DNA of 64,000 bases. It comes from Eledone cirrhosa (Eukaryota). The notes under the pieces were generated by a model. That model did no database searches, was not told the origin of the DNA, and worked only from the letters and a program-made list of their open reading frames with translations. Position numbers and translations under genes: made by a program. The stretch lies in the NCBI GenBank assembly GCA_964016885.1, contig OZ024749.1:6448001-6512000 (forward strand), read 5' to 3'. Position 1 is the first letter of the stretch. Every line of letters starts with the position of its first letter. Below, piece by piece: positions 52,471 through 64,000 of this stretch.

Positions 52471-52864
52471 TATATTAATAAGAGGAATTCCAACTTTGTC
52501 TGATTTACTCGTTTTATTTACAATCCTTTAAAATATATATAATGGTATTATAATGAAATAGTATGATAGAATATTAAATTCCAAGTGTTAATTGAACAAG
52601 TACTTTCATGCTTTCGCAATCTTCAGGTTCATGATATGTGGTGACAGTCGAGTTTGCAATTTTCACAGTTGAAAATTGCAAACTCGACTGTCACCACATA
52701 TCATGAACCTGAAGATTGCGAAAGCATGAAAGTACTTGTTCAATTAACACTTGGAATTTAATATTCTATCATACTATTTCATTATAATACCATTATATAT
52801 ATTTTAAAGGATTGTAAATAAAACGAGTAAATCAGACAAAGTTGGAATTCCTCTTATTAATATA
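52471..52864. repeat. Perfect palindrome with 195-bp arms and a 4-nt spacer (CAGT)
   Basis: 52471-52665 is the reverse complement of 52670-52864. Confidence 0.95.
52704..52742 (+). ncRNA. Minimal hammerhead ribozyme (mirror copy on minus strand at 52593-52631)
   Basis: TGAAC CTGAAGA T-TGC-GAAA-GCA-T GAA AGTACT T GTTCA: 5-bp stem I, GNRA-capped stem II, palindromic stem III. Confidence 0.82.
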
Positions 52865-53034
52865 ATCTTCTATACACAATCATACACACCCGTGTATATT
52901 TACCTATCTATATCTATATATACATATATAATATAAGATCAAAAGATGGTTAAAGGAGTTCCATGTATTTTATTATGCGCATTTCAAACTCACCTCCTAC
53001 ATATATATATATATATATATATAAATATATATAT

Positions 53035-53185
53035 ATGGGCAGAGGTGGTGAGAGCAGACCTCAGATCGCTGAAGCTCACAGTGGAGATGACGAAGGACCG
53101 TGACAAGTGGAGACATGCTGTGCTGAATAAGACCCGTACCACCCTTGCAAGCAGGGAAAAGCAGACGTAAAATGATGATGATGAT
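53035..53185 (+). mobile_element. RTE subfamily B short 3' end
   Basis: WAEVVRADLRSLKLTVEM..REKQT* followed by (GAT)n. Confidence 0.88.
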
Positions 53186-53318
53186 ATATATATGTATATA
53201 TGTGTGTGTGTGTGTATGCATGCATGCGTGTGAGTCCTGGGTTCAATTGGGGGTAACCACATGAAGTAAGTTACTCAATATATTAGTAGAGTGTAAACAT
53301 CAGGTTTAATATAGAAAT

Positions 53319-53370
53319 GGCTCTTACAGGATTAGAACCGTTTCATTCAAACGAAATCATCAGGAAATCC
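53319..53370 (-). ncRNA. Hammerhead motif in the left arm of inverted repeat 53298-54006
   Basis: Minus strand: CTGATGA T-TTC-GTTT-GAA-T GAA ACGG-TTCTAATC-CTGT A; stem I imperfect. Confidence 0.6.
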
Positions 53371-53935
53371 AACAGTCCTTGTAAAACTGTTGTATTTATG
53401 TGTTTTCTGGTGGTTGGGGAAGGTGGTGATCTTGAGGATGGGTGGAGGTTGTTAGCCAAGGGATTTATAGAAGAGGGATTCGTTGGAATAACTATTTTTA
53501 GATATACACAATATAATACAAGGATGCAGATAAAAACAAGGTTCACATTCACACACAAGTAACCCCCCCCCCCACACACACACACACACCACCACCACCA
53601 CCACCACACACACACACACCCAAACTAATGCCCGCACATTTCAGGGTTCATTTATTCTAAGTATACAAGTGAGTTTTATGAGTGATTGATAATTGTCAGG
53701 CTCTGGCCAAAGAATATTTGGTATCAATAGGTTATTGATACCTGTCAAATCAATTAGTGGTGAGGGCAGTGGAATTAGAGTCATTGTATTATTTTCAATA
53801 TATCTAAAGTTAGTTTTTTTCAAGGAATCCCTGTTCTTTAAAATCCCTTGACCAATGATCTATACCCGTCCTCAAAATTACTACCGTCCCCAACCACCAG
53901 AAAATATGTAGATACAAGTTTTACAAAAACAGTCA

Positions 53936-53985
53936 GCTTTCCTGATGATCACTTTTGAATGAAACAGTTCTAGTTCTGTAGAAGC
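53936..53985 (+). ncRNA. Hammerhead motif in the right arm of inverted repeat 53298-54006
   Basis: GCTTTC CTGATGA TCACTTTTGAAT GAA ACAG-TTCTAGTT-CTGT A GAAGC. Confidence 0.62.
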
Positions 53986-54323
53986 CATTTCTATATTTAA
54001 CATGATATATGTAGTGATGAAAATAAAGTTAGAGATAATGTTGATAATGATGGTGATGATAATGATGATGCTGATGATCATAATTATTATCTTCATTATC
54101 GTGTTGATATATATACAAATGTGAGGTATCAAAGCATATCATATATGTTTGATTTGGTATCAATAGGTTATTGATACCCGTTTGATTTTTGTGCTTCTCA
54201 ATAAAAAGGCTCAATATAGACTTTGTCCAGAGTGTACAAGGCTTGAAGTAGCACTATAGGGAATTTTATTGTTCCCTTCTGGAGTACATATTTTTATTTG
54301 AAATATGTGCATTGTATATATAT

Positions 54324-54503
54324 AATTGTTTCTACTTTTGGCACAAGGCCAGCAATTATACCAGTGTATTACTGGTACTTTATTTTATCGACCCTGTAAG
54401 AATGAAAGGCAAAGTTAACCTCGGCGGGATTTGAACTCAGACTATAAAGGGCTGTAACTCTTTGCAGCAAAGCATGGCGTCCAACCCTCTACCGATACTG
54501 CCA
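54324..54503 (-). mobile_element. SINE family 1
   Basis: A/B boxes and core present. Confidence 0.9.
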
Positions 54504-54561
54504 ATATTGTGTATTCTCTTGGATATATGGTGTGTGTGGGTTTATGTTTGTATGAATATAT

Positions 54562-55075
54562 AGGGAGCTACTGCCACTGCTAGCTGCAAAAGGCTTTTCC
54601 CTCAAAATGAAAGGCAGACTGTATGATGCGTGTATATGAACAGTAATGTTACATGGAAGTGAAATCTAGGCGCTGTCTGTAGAAGACATGCACAGATTAG
54701 AAAGAAACAAAGCTTGCATGCTCCGATGGATGTGTAATAGTAACATACGCAAACGGCAAAGTATAAATGAATTGAGAGAGAGACTGAGCATCAGAGGAAT
54801 CAAATGCTGTGTGCAGGAGAGGAGGTTACGTTGGTATGGACATGTGATGTATATGAAGGACGACAGCTGCATAAAAAGTTGCAGAGCACTAGAAGTCGAT
54901 GGAAACCACGGAGTGGGGAGACCCAAGAAGACCTGGGATGAAGCGATAAATGCCGACCTTACCCAATTGCACCTCTCAAGAGCAATGACACACAACCATG
55001 ACCTCTGGCATCACGCAGTAATACAGAAGACCCGACCTCCCCACAGGAACAAGCCGAAGCTGAAGCATATGGACA
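54562..55075 (+). mobile_element. RTE subfamily C fragment with stops, 3'UTR missing
   Basis: RELLPLLAAKGFSLKMKGRLYDAC..RRLRWYGHVM..GRPKKTW. Confidence 0.9.
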
Positions 55076-55984
55076 ATATAAAAAGGGAAAAGTAGTGAGG
55101 AGAGAGGAAGAAAGAGAAAAAAAACGAAGTAAAGAGACCAAATGGAGGGGGGAGGACATAGGACAATGAAACAATAGAATATAATAAGTTACAACGAACC
55201 GATTAGACTTAGGTCTGGTGGTGCAATAACTAGGAGCGGGGTAGTTCTGTGTGATCGCAACTAAGGGAGGGTAGAGAGAGAGAGTGAGAGAGATGGAGCA
55301 ACCAGAAGTGAGAGGGAGAAGGGAAAGGGAGATGATCCAAAAGAGTTTTACGACATGTCGTAAATGATCAAAAACGGGCAAATGGATATATATCTCTCTC
55401 TCTCTATATATATATATATAGAGAGAGAGATAAACTCCTCTGGTTTGGATCATTTACCACATTTACGACATGTCGTAAAACTCATTTGGATTTTCTCTCT
55501 TTCCCTTCTCCCTCTCACTTCCGGTTGCTCCGTCTCTCTCACTCTCTCTCTACCCTCACTTTGTTGAGATCACACAGAACTACCCCGCTCCTAGTTATTG
55601 CACCACCAGACCTAAGTCTAATCGGTTCGTTGTAACATATTCTATTCTATTTTCCCCTCAGTTACACACTTGCATGTTCCATTGTCCTGCGTCCCCCTTC
55701 CATTCGGTCTCTTTACTTTGTTTTTTTCTCTTTCTTCCTCTATCCTCACTACTTTTCCCTGTTTATCTTTTTCTTTCCCTGGCCTTTTGATCAATAAAAG
55801 GCCTTGGGCCCGATGCTGATCACATTTGATGTCCTGTTTTAAGTGCCGAAACATCTATGATCTGCGGTTAACAGCTGATGAAGGGTTTCTTCTTTTGTTT
55901 CGTCCATATTACCATCTTAAACTTTGTTTACAGTAACCACACAGCTCACTTCATTTCTTGTAATTTTATATATATATATCCTCC

Positions 55985-56265
55985 TCATCATCATCATCAC
56001 CGTTTTACGTCCGTTCTTCCACGCTAGCATGGGTTAGACGGGTTGTCCTGTTGTGGGCAGTGTCTGGTCGGCTGACCATGCCTTGCTCATACAGGAACTG
56101 ATTTGGCTTGATTTCTACAGCTGGATGCCCTTCCTAACACCAACCTCATTTACAGTGAGTGCTGGGTGCTTTTTCGTGGCGCCTACACGTCCACTTTACA
56201 GTGTGGGCTGGGTGCTTTTTTGCCGTGGCACCTCCACGACCACCTTGCGGTGGGGGGTGTGGGGG
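55985..56265 (-). mobile_element. RTE subfamily C 3'UTR
   Basis: Reverse complement of 35105-35388. Confidence 0.88.
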
Positions 56266-56426
56266 CATATTTATATATATATATATAGTAACTGGACATT
56301 ACAATCCCTAAATATATATAAATATATATATATAGCATGTTTAACACGCTGTGACTTCTCTCTCCCACGTGTAGCTGGACAGTCAATTTTAAAATTCTCT
56401 TAGTGTTGTCTGAAATGTATAGCCTT

Positions 56427-56520
56427 ACACACGCTGATGAACCGAGGCTAACCCATTTCTTTCAACAAATTACTGGTGAAACATATCTTTGGATTAGTGT
56501 CTTTGGATTTGTACGTGTGT
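56427..56520 (+). ncRNA. Type-I hammerhead motif with extended loops
   Basis: Stem I ACACACG/CGTGTGT (7 bp); CTGATGA at 56434; stem II ACC(G)AG/CTGGT; GAAA at 56478; stem III ACA-T-ATC/GAT-T-TGT; GUA triplet at 56511-56513. Confidence 0.7.
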
Positions 56521-56686
56521 TATATAGGTATAGAGGTATTTATTTACGCTTTAATTTATATTTTTAATTATCGTGTCTATAGTCTGCCTTTCATAGGTTA
56601 TAGATTTCATACACTGGTGGTTTTTTCCCTGTTTTATTGATGGCGCACTGTATATCTCTCTCTGGTGTGTTACCTTTTCAACATAT

Positions 56687-56753
<67 letters not shown>

Positions 56754-56980
56754 CTATATTAATAGATAGATCAATAGATATAATGAGAGAAAAGAATATA
56801 TAAATATAAATATAGAATGAAATCATGGAAAAAAAACGAAAGGCTAAAGTCTCACGTGTCATGGGAACTATTTCCAGCAGTGTGTGTATATATATGTTCT
56901 GTATGAGTGTGCATGTCTCTCTATATATAGGTCTTGTGTGTATGTGTAGATGTGTGTATGTATATATATGTATGTATTTG

Positions 56981-57011
<31 letters not shown>

Positions 57012-58882
57012 CCCTTGTGTGTGTGTGTTTGTAGATGTGTGCATATATTTATTTATGACATTATTTCATTGGAGAGGAGATAAAAAGTGAAATGCCATGT
57101 TTGTCATTGACATAAATTCTTTCAATATATGCTTTCAGCCTTGGAGCAACTTGTTTCCGACTGCGGAAATCATATTTATTCTTTATGAAGGCAAAATAAG
57201 CTGCGGTAATTCCATTTCTAAGAAAGCAGCAGCAGCAAAAACAAGATGAAATAAATAATGAAATAAAAATCCATAATGTAAAGAGAAAATTCCGTTCACA
57301 GACCACTTCAAATGTGTCACATTTTCTCCGACAAGAACATTTCTTCCAATCTTCAGCAGAAAATTCAATACTTTTCCTTCTTTGAAGCATGCAAAAGTAC
57401 GTTTTATTGGCAAATTTCATTGTGTAAAAGGAATCCAGACATACAACAATGGTTAAAATGCTAAAATCATATTGTAGTAGAAATCAAACTAGTACTGGAA
57501 TAAAATCCTCTTTACCAATAAACTTCAACTGACAGCCAATCAGTGAGACCATTTGGTAGAATTCAGACAATTTCATCAGAGGATTTACCAATCAATTTCT
57601 TCAGAGAGAAATTTACTTACCAAATGCTTCAGGTTAAATTTCTTCTATCTTCAAACAAATTTTCAAATACTTATTGTATTTATTTATTTACTCATTATTT
57701 TACTTTTATTTTTATTTTTTGTTTATTTCCTGAAATCATTTTTGACATTTAACACTTCATAGAGATCGTGCTGATGTCAACAACTTCTAAGCTCAAATCT
57801 TGCCAACATCAGCTTAGCCTGTCAATGCTACTTTTTAGGTCAAAGAAATTTAAGTACCACTTCAGGTCAAAACAATTTAAGTACTACTCCAGGTTAAATC
57901 TATTTCAGTACCATTCCAAGGTCAATGTCAACAGCTTCTAAGTTCAAACATTACCAACATCAACCTGGCATTTCAATCATATTTTTCAGGTTAAAATCAT
58001 TTAATTCCCTGCCTGGCAGGAATTTTAATGAATCGTTAGAGTGTCAGATGTGATGTATTGAAGTATTCTTGCAAGTTCTTGCTATTTTGAGTACAAATCC
58101 CACTGTCATTCACTGGAGGCCCACCAGCTGGGCCATGGCTACCTTTACCAAAGTCCACTCTGGTATAAACACTGAGGCCTGAACTCTGGTTTAGGGATTA
58201 TTATCATCATCATCATTTAACATCCACTTTCAATGCTAGGATGGATACCTTCCCCAATCCCTTTAATGAGTATTGGAGGTTAACACCATCACCTACCCCT
58301 TGGGTACTTTCACCAAAGTCCACACTGAGGTCTGTTCTCTGGTTTAAGGATACCTTCCATAATCCCTTTAACAAGTACTGGAAGTTAACACTATCACCAA
58401 ACCCTTGGGTACCTTTAGCAGTGTCCATTCTGTTACAAGGGTACAAGGATATAAGTCTCTCTTTGAGGTTAACATCACCACAATACCCTTGGGTACCTTT
58501 AGCAGAATTCATTCAGTTGCAAAACCTTCAAGTCAGATCTTTGGTTTGCATATAACGCCCTCTTCCCTTTCATAAAACTTGAGGGTTAACACCACTACCT
58601 GGCCTTTTGGTATATTTAGCAGAATCCACACTGTTACAAGTATTGAGGCCTGGTCACTGGTATAGGGACACCTTCCTCTTTTCCTTTCATGAGCCTTAGA
58701 GGTTAGCACTACCATGTTAGATCTTGTGTAACTTTTATCAAAGTCTACTGTTGCAAGAATACAGGCCAGGTCTAAGGTTTGGCAGTACCTCCTACCCTTT
58801 CTCCCAACACCAAACATATGACAAATAACCAGAGCAAATACAGCAAGATGTTTGGTATGATGCTCTCAAACTTCTGCCAATA

Positions 58883-59915
58883 ATGGTTCCTGGTTTAGGC
58901 ACAAGGCCAGCAATTTGGGGGAGGGGAGGGGAAGTCGATCAAATCGACCCCAGTGTGTTGCTGGTACTTTCTTTTATCGACCCAATAAAGATGAAAAGCA
59001 AAGCTAACCTTGGCGGGATTTGAACTCAAAAAGTAAAGGGCAGTAACTATGCTGCAAAGAATTTTGTCCGACGCTCTACTGATACTGCCAACCCACCACC
59101 TTAATAATAATAATAATTGTTTCTACTTTTGGCACAAGGCCAGCAATTATCCCAGTGCATTACTGGTACTTTATTTTATCAACCCCATAAGGATGAAAGG
59201 CAAAGTTAACCTCGGCGAGATTTGAACTCAGATCGTAAAGGGCAGTAACTCTATGCTGGAAAGCATGGTGTCCGACCCTCTACCGATACTGCCAATCCAC
59301 CGCCCTTAATAATAATAATAATATTTATAATAATGTTTTCTACTATAGGCACAAGGCCAGAAATTGGGGGAGGGGGGGGGGGGGAATAAAGTTGCTTAAA
59401 TCGACACCAATGCATTACTGGTACTTTGTTTTATCAACCTAGTAAGGATGAAAGGCAAAGTTAATCTCAGCGGGATTTGAACTTAGAATGTAAAGGGATG
59501 TAACTATATGCTGCAAAGCTTGGTGTCCAATAATAACTTCTTCCATAGGCAGAAGACCAGAAATTTATGGTGGGGTGGGTTTGAGGAGATATAGTCAATA
59601 ATATGAACTTAGATCTTGGTGAGATAAATAATCTGAATGTGAAGAGCTGGTACAAACACCACAAAGCTGTTTGCCTGACGCTCTCCCGACTTTTGTTGAT
59701 AATAGTAATTATTTATGGCACAAATCCAGCAATTTCTGGGGAAGGGAATGTTAATTATATAGTCCCCTACACCCAGTGTTATATTGGTCCTTTATCGACC
59801 CCCAGGAGGATGAAGGATAAATTAACCTCAACAATGACTTAAACCCAGAAGGTAAAGGGATGTAACTAAATACTACAAAGTATTTTAATCAACACTCTAA
59901 CAACTCTGCCAAATG
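58883..59915 (-). mobile_element. Cluster of about 5 co-oriented, mutually diverged SINE1 copies separated by (TAA)n
   Basis: Copies start at ~58883, 59117, 59334, 59540, 59710. Confidence 0.85.
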
Positions 59916-60194
59916 TTAATTATAACATTATTAATTTTAATAATTAGAATTGATACATGTAAAGTGTTTTTGAAAACTTCAGCTCATTAAATCTCTAGTG
60001 AGTAGTGTTTAATTATATATTAGAAATGAAATTATTTCTGGCAATCATCTCTTAAGATTCGGTTTTATAACAAAGAGAATTATCCTCATTAATACAACAA
60101 ATTCTCCACAGCCTTTAACATAAACTCTGCCATGCCATTACCATTTCCACCACCACTACCACACACTATACCTCACCACCACCACAACCATCAA

Positions 60195-60742
60195 CACTCC
60201 ATAGCTATGTGGTCTGCCAACGAGACGCTGCATAGCTATGTGGTCTGTCAATGAGACACACCATAGCTATGTGGTCTGCCAACGAGACACTGCATAGCAA
60301 TGTGGTCTGTCAATGAGACACACCATAGCTATGTGGTCTGCCAACGAGACACTGCATAGCTATGTGGTCTGCTGACGAGACACTGCATAGCTATGTGGTC
60401 TGCCAACGAGACACCCCATAGCTATGTGGTCTGCCAACGAGACACTGCATAGCATTGTGGTCTGCCAACGAGACACTCCATAGCTATGTGGTCTGCCAAC
60501 GAGACACTCCATAGCTATGTGGTCTGCCAACATGACACTGCATAGTGTATGTGACCCACTGATGAGACACTGCATAGCTATGTGGTCTGCCAACGAGACA
60601 CTGCATAGCAATGTGGTCTGCCAACGAGACACTGCATAGCATTGTGGTCTGCCAACGAGACACTGCATAGCAATGTGGTCTGCCAACATGACACTGCATA
60701 GTGTATGTGGCCCACTGATGATATACCATGCAACAATGTGGC
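60195..60742. repeat. 31-bp minisatellite, about 17 copies
   Basis: Unit CATAGCTATGTGGTCTGCCAACGAGACACTG. Confidence 0.94.
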
Positions 60743-61110
60743 TCCCATACCCCAAAATTTTACCAACCCTAGGTCTAAAATATGCCGGCTTGATTTTTTG
60801 TTTTGTCTGTTAGTTTCTTTAAACTCTTTCACCATTTCTCTTCCTCCATATTAACTTATAATTACTAGGTTTACTTAGAAACTAAATCCTGCAATTCACA
60901 TTAAAAACAAATCCTCCTCCTCCTCCTCCCCTTTGCCTACTTAAGCCTTAGAGGGTGATGATGATGATTATCACCATGATGGTGATTGCGATAATAAAGG
61001 CTATCATCATCATCATCATAATAACAGTCATAATGATGGTGAGCATATTCATGATGGTGATGATGATGGTGATGACAGAAAAATAAAATTTCCTCCCCCA
61101 AAAAACTAAC

Positions 61111-61275
61111 CTTCAATCTACTCAGTTGACCTTCCAGCATCTTTTGGGTTGAATTCTTCTCCTCAAGACTTTCTGTGAGAGATTTGATCTCAACTTTCTT
61201 GATGCCTAGATCATCTATATCAACTTCACCTTCCATGTTACCAATCCTTTTGTTCAAGGCATCAATAGCTAAATC
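61111..61275 (-). CDS. Probable internal coding exon (165 nt, phase 0-0) of an unidentified coiled-coil host protein
   Basis: Acceptor ttggtgttttgtag|GAT and donor AAG|gttagt; open frame DLAIDALNKRIGNMEGEVDIDDLGIKKVEIKSLTESLEEKNSTQKMLEGQLSRLK; non-repetitive. Confidence 0.72.
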
Positions 61276-61330
61276 CTACAAAACACCAAATAATACTAAA
61301 TAACAACACAAACATATAAAGCATTTATGG

Positions 61331-62124
61331 TTAACCCTTTAGTATTTACATTACTCTATATATACTATTGTATTTTCACGGTAAAGGCTTTACCTCACAT
61401 AACATTCACATTACTCTATATATACTATTGTATTTTCATGGTAAAGGCTTTACCTCACATAATTACCTCACATAACATTTACATTACTCTATATATACTA
61501 TTATATTTTCATGGTAAAGGCTTTACCTCACATAACATTTACATTACTCTATATATACTATTATATTTTCATGGTAAAGGCTTTACCTCACATAACATTT
61601 ACATTACTCTATATATACTATTATATTTTCATGGTAAAGGCTTTACCTCACATAACATTTACATTACTCTATATATACTATTATATTTTCATGGTAAAGG
61701 CTTTACCTCACATAATTACCTCACATAACATTTACATTACTCTATATATACTATTATATTTTCATGGTAAAGGCTTTACCTCACATAACATTTACATTAC
61801 TCTATATATACTATTATATTTTCATGGTAAAGGCTTTACCTCACATAACATTTACATTACTCTATATATACTAATATATCTTCATGGTAAAGGCTTTACC
61901 TCACATAATTACCTCACATAACATTTACATTACTCTATATATACTAATATATTTTCATGGTAAAGGCTTTATCTCACATAATATCGAATCTATGAGATTT
62001 TGGAGGTATTTATTTTGAGAACAATACCTTAACATCAGTTTGAGTGACCAGTTACAGCCAGTTTCAACAGAAAGAGGTAGAGAATTCTGGCCGGTTTTGG
62101 CCGGTTTGAACACTAAAGGGTTAA
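61331..62124 (-). mobile_element. piggyBac-type MITE expanded by an internal 60-bp tandem array (about 10 copies)
   Basis: TTAACCCTTTAG...CTAAAGGGTTAA ends; exact 60-bp period at 61501-61700, with occasional 73-bp variants. Confidence 0.88.
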
Positions 62125-62752
62125 TACAGTGGTCAGGTGTTTTATCAAATGTACCTAATTACATATATATAAATTTGAGTGATTTCCGTCCGTCACACAA
62201 TGTGTGTGTGTGTTTGTGTGTATCTGTGTGTGTGTGTTTGTGTGTATGTGTGCGTGCATGTGAAAGGAATGAAGGGGATGCTGAAAAAACTATAGCAAAA
62301 CAGCAGCTGGCGTTCCATTTGCTATGCTGCATGAGTGAATGTGTATGTGTGTGTTTGTGTAAATTTATATGTGTGTGTTTCTGTGAATGTGTGTATGGGA
62401 TTGTATGTGTATTTGTGTGAATGTATGTCTGTATATGTGTATTTGTGTGAATGTATGTCTGTATGTGTGTATTTTTGTAATTGTGTCTGAGTTTTCCAGT
62501 TTATATTTATATACTCAGACATATAAACATATGAACATACACACACCCACATATAGACATATGCATATGAACATACACATATACACACACACATATAGAC
62601 ATATGCATATGAACATACACATATACATACACACATATAGACATATGCATATGAACATACACATATACATACACACATATAGACATATGCATATGAACAT
62701 ACACACATACACACACACACATATAGACATATGCATATGAACACATATTTAT

Positions 62753-63092
62753 ATGGAAGACCCCCTTCGGTCAGCAATCACCATGTAATTTGAACCTACA
62801 GTGTTCCCCTCCGAGGCACAAGTCCGGGCAAGGTTGTTTGTGGAAGACCAGCAGTCACCCATGCATACCAGTCTCCCCTCTCCACGCCACCAATGATGTC
62901 CAAGAGAAAGGCACTGACCAATACAGCTTGGCACCAGTGACATCGCAACTCATTTCTACAGCTGAGTAAACTGGAGTAACGTGAAATAAAGTGTCTTGCT
63001 CAAGGGTACAACGCATCACCCAGTCTGAGAATCGAACTCACAACCTTTCGATTGCAAGCCCAATGCTCTAACCACTAAGCCATGCACCTTCA
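62753..63092 (-). mobile_element. SINE family 2 head and body with a different, non-(GAT)n tail
   Basis: Head and body match 47864-48007; the remainder is unrelated to the RTE UTRs in this window. Confidence 0.82.
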
Positions 63093-63524
63093 TATATTTC
63101 TATATCTCTATCAATATAGTGCACCACCATGAGTTTCTTTTCTTCCTAACTTTTTTTAATTTCATAAATTCTTTCTAACATTGATAAAAGGCCAGTACTT
63201 AACCAGTACTTAACCAGTACTTAACCAGTACTTATTTTGACCTTGGAAGGAGGCAAGGCAGTGTTGACCTTGGCGAATGGGTGGGTAAGTGTTTAGGCAG
63301 GCATGTAGGCAGGTAGTTAAGTAGGTGTGATGGTAGGAAAGCAGGTAGGTAGGGAGGTAGGTAGAATGAGAGATAAGTAGACAGGATAGCAGACAGGTAG
63401 GTAGGTAGATAGCTAGGTAGGTAGATAGGTAGGTAGCTATGTAGCTAGCTAGTTAGGTTGGAAGGTAGCTAGTTAGGTATGTAAGTAGATACGTAGGTAG
63501 TTTACTAGGTAGGTAAGTAGATAT

Positions 63525-64000
63525 GTTTCTTTTATTTGCCACCAGGGCATCAAAAGTGGGACAAGTACAATGGGGGGAGTTTACAAAACAAGGCGTCCTC
63601 AATAAGGAGGAGGCAATAACAATATATAAAAATAAAATAAAATATAACAAAAAATAAAATTTATAACAAAGTCCTCAATAGAGAGGAGGCGCCTTGGGGG
63701 ATCGCACACACCCCCGAAAAAAGTGTGCAACCCTTCTCCTCAGGAGCACAGAGATGGGGTGCTCCCTTGGTCTTTCATCTTCCTCACCTATAGTCTGAAG
63801 TAGAGTGAAGGCCCATTCACATGGGCCATTCTCGCCACTTTCACCCATCTTTCATAGAAACGGCTAGGGTGCAACACCTCTCTCTCCATCCTGATCCTTC
63901 TTCCGAAATGATATCGGAAGAAACGGACCAGTTGTTGGCCAGAGAGAAAGGTGTCTGTCCTCAGTCCTTTCAGACGCGTCCACCATACAACCTCTTTCGC
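63525..64000 (-). mobile_element. Tx1/L1-like LINE 3' end (ORF2 C-terminus and 3'UTR), running off the window edge
   Basis: Minus AKEVVWWTRLKGL..RIRMERE..FYERW..LYFRL* (stop at 63788-63790); UTR ends AATAAAAGAAAC beside an (ACCT)n-like tract. Confidence 0.7.

Noticed and set aside
55810-55940. CTGATCA..GAAAC and CTGATGAAGGG as hammerheads
   Set aside because: Consistent stems I-III with a complete core could not be built for either.
57340-57610. Minus-strand CTGAAGA/CTGATGA...GAAA matches (also near 37745)
   Set aside because: There is no stem I or stem II complementarity; these are expected chance matches.
57770-58800. Faint ~120-150 bp periodicity
   Set aside because: Probably old decayed tandem duplications; too diverged to define a unit by eye.

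Overview
This is AT-rich animal genomic DNA saturated with repeats. The repeat mix (tRNA-derived SINEs, RTE LINEs ending in (GAT)n, long (TA)n tracts) looks like an octopus or other cephalopod genome; that is an inference, not verified. Almost all long ORFs in the track are artefacts of satellites and microsatellites. Only one credible host exon was found (minus strand, 61111-61275, coiled-coil-like), so the window is probably mostly intronic or intergenic. Mobile DNA includes several RTE-clade LINE families (one with an intact RT plus PHD-like finger fragment), R4/Dong-like and Tx1/L1-like remnants, and a decayed Penelope-like GIY-YIG element. It also includes a pogo transposase remnant, hAT- and piggyBac-type MITEs, a Helitron 3' end and two SINE families. 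The main hidden signal is about 12 minimal type-I hammerhead ribozyme (HHR) motifs with intact CUGANGA/GAAA cores, plus several decayed ones, from many unrelated sequence families. They sit in a tandem ~300-330 bp array, in outward-facing inverted pairs (including a perfect 394-bp palindrome) and at the 3' end of the Penelope-like element. Many tandem arrays here visibly arose from inside transposons. All folds and translations were done by eye and boundaries are approximate.
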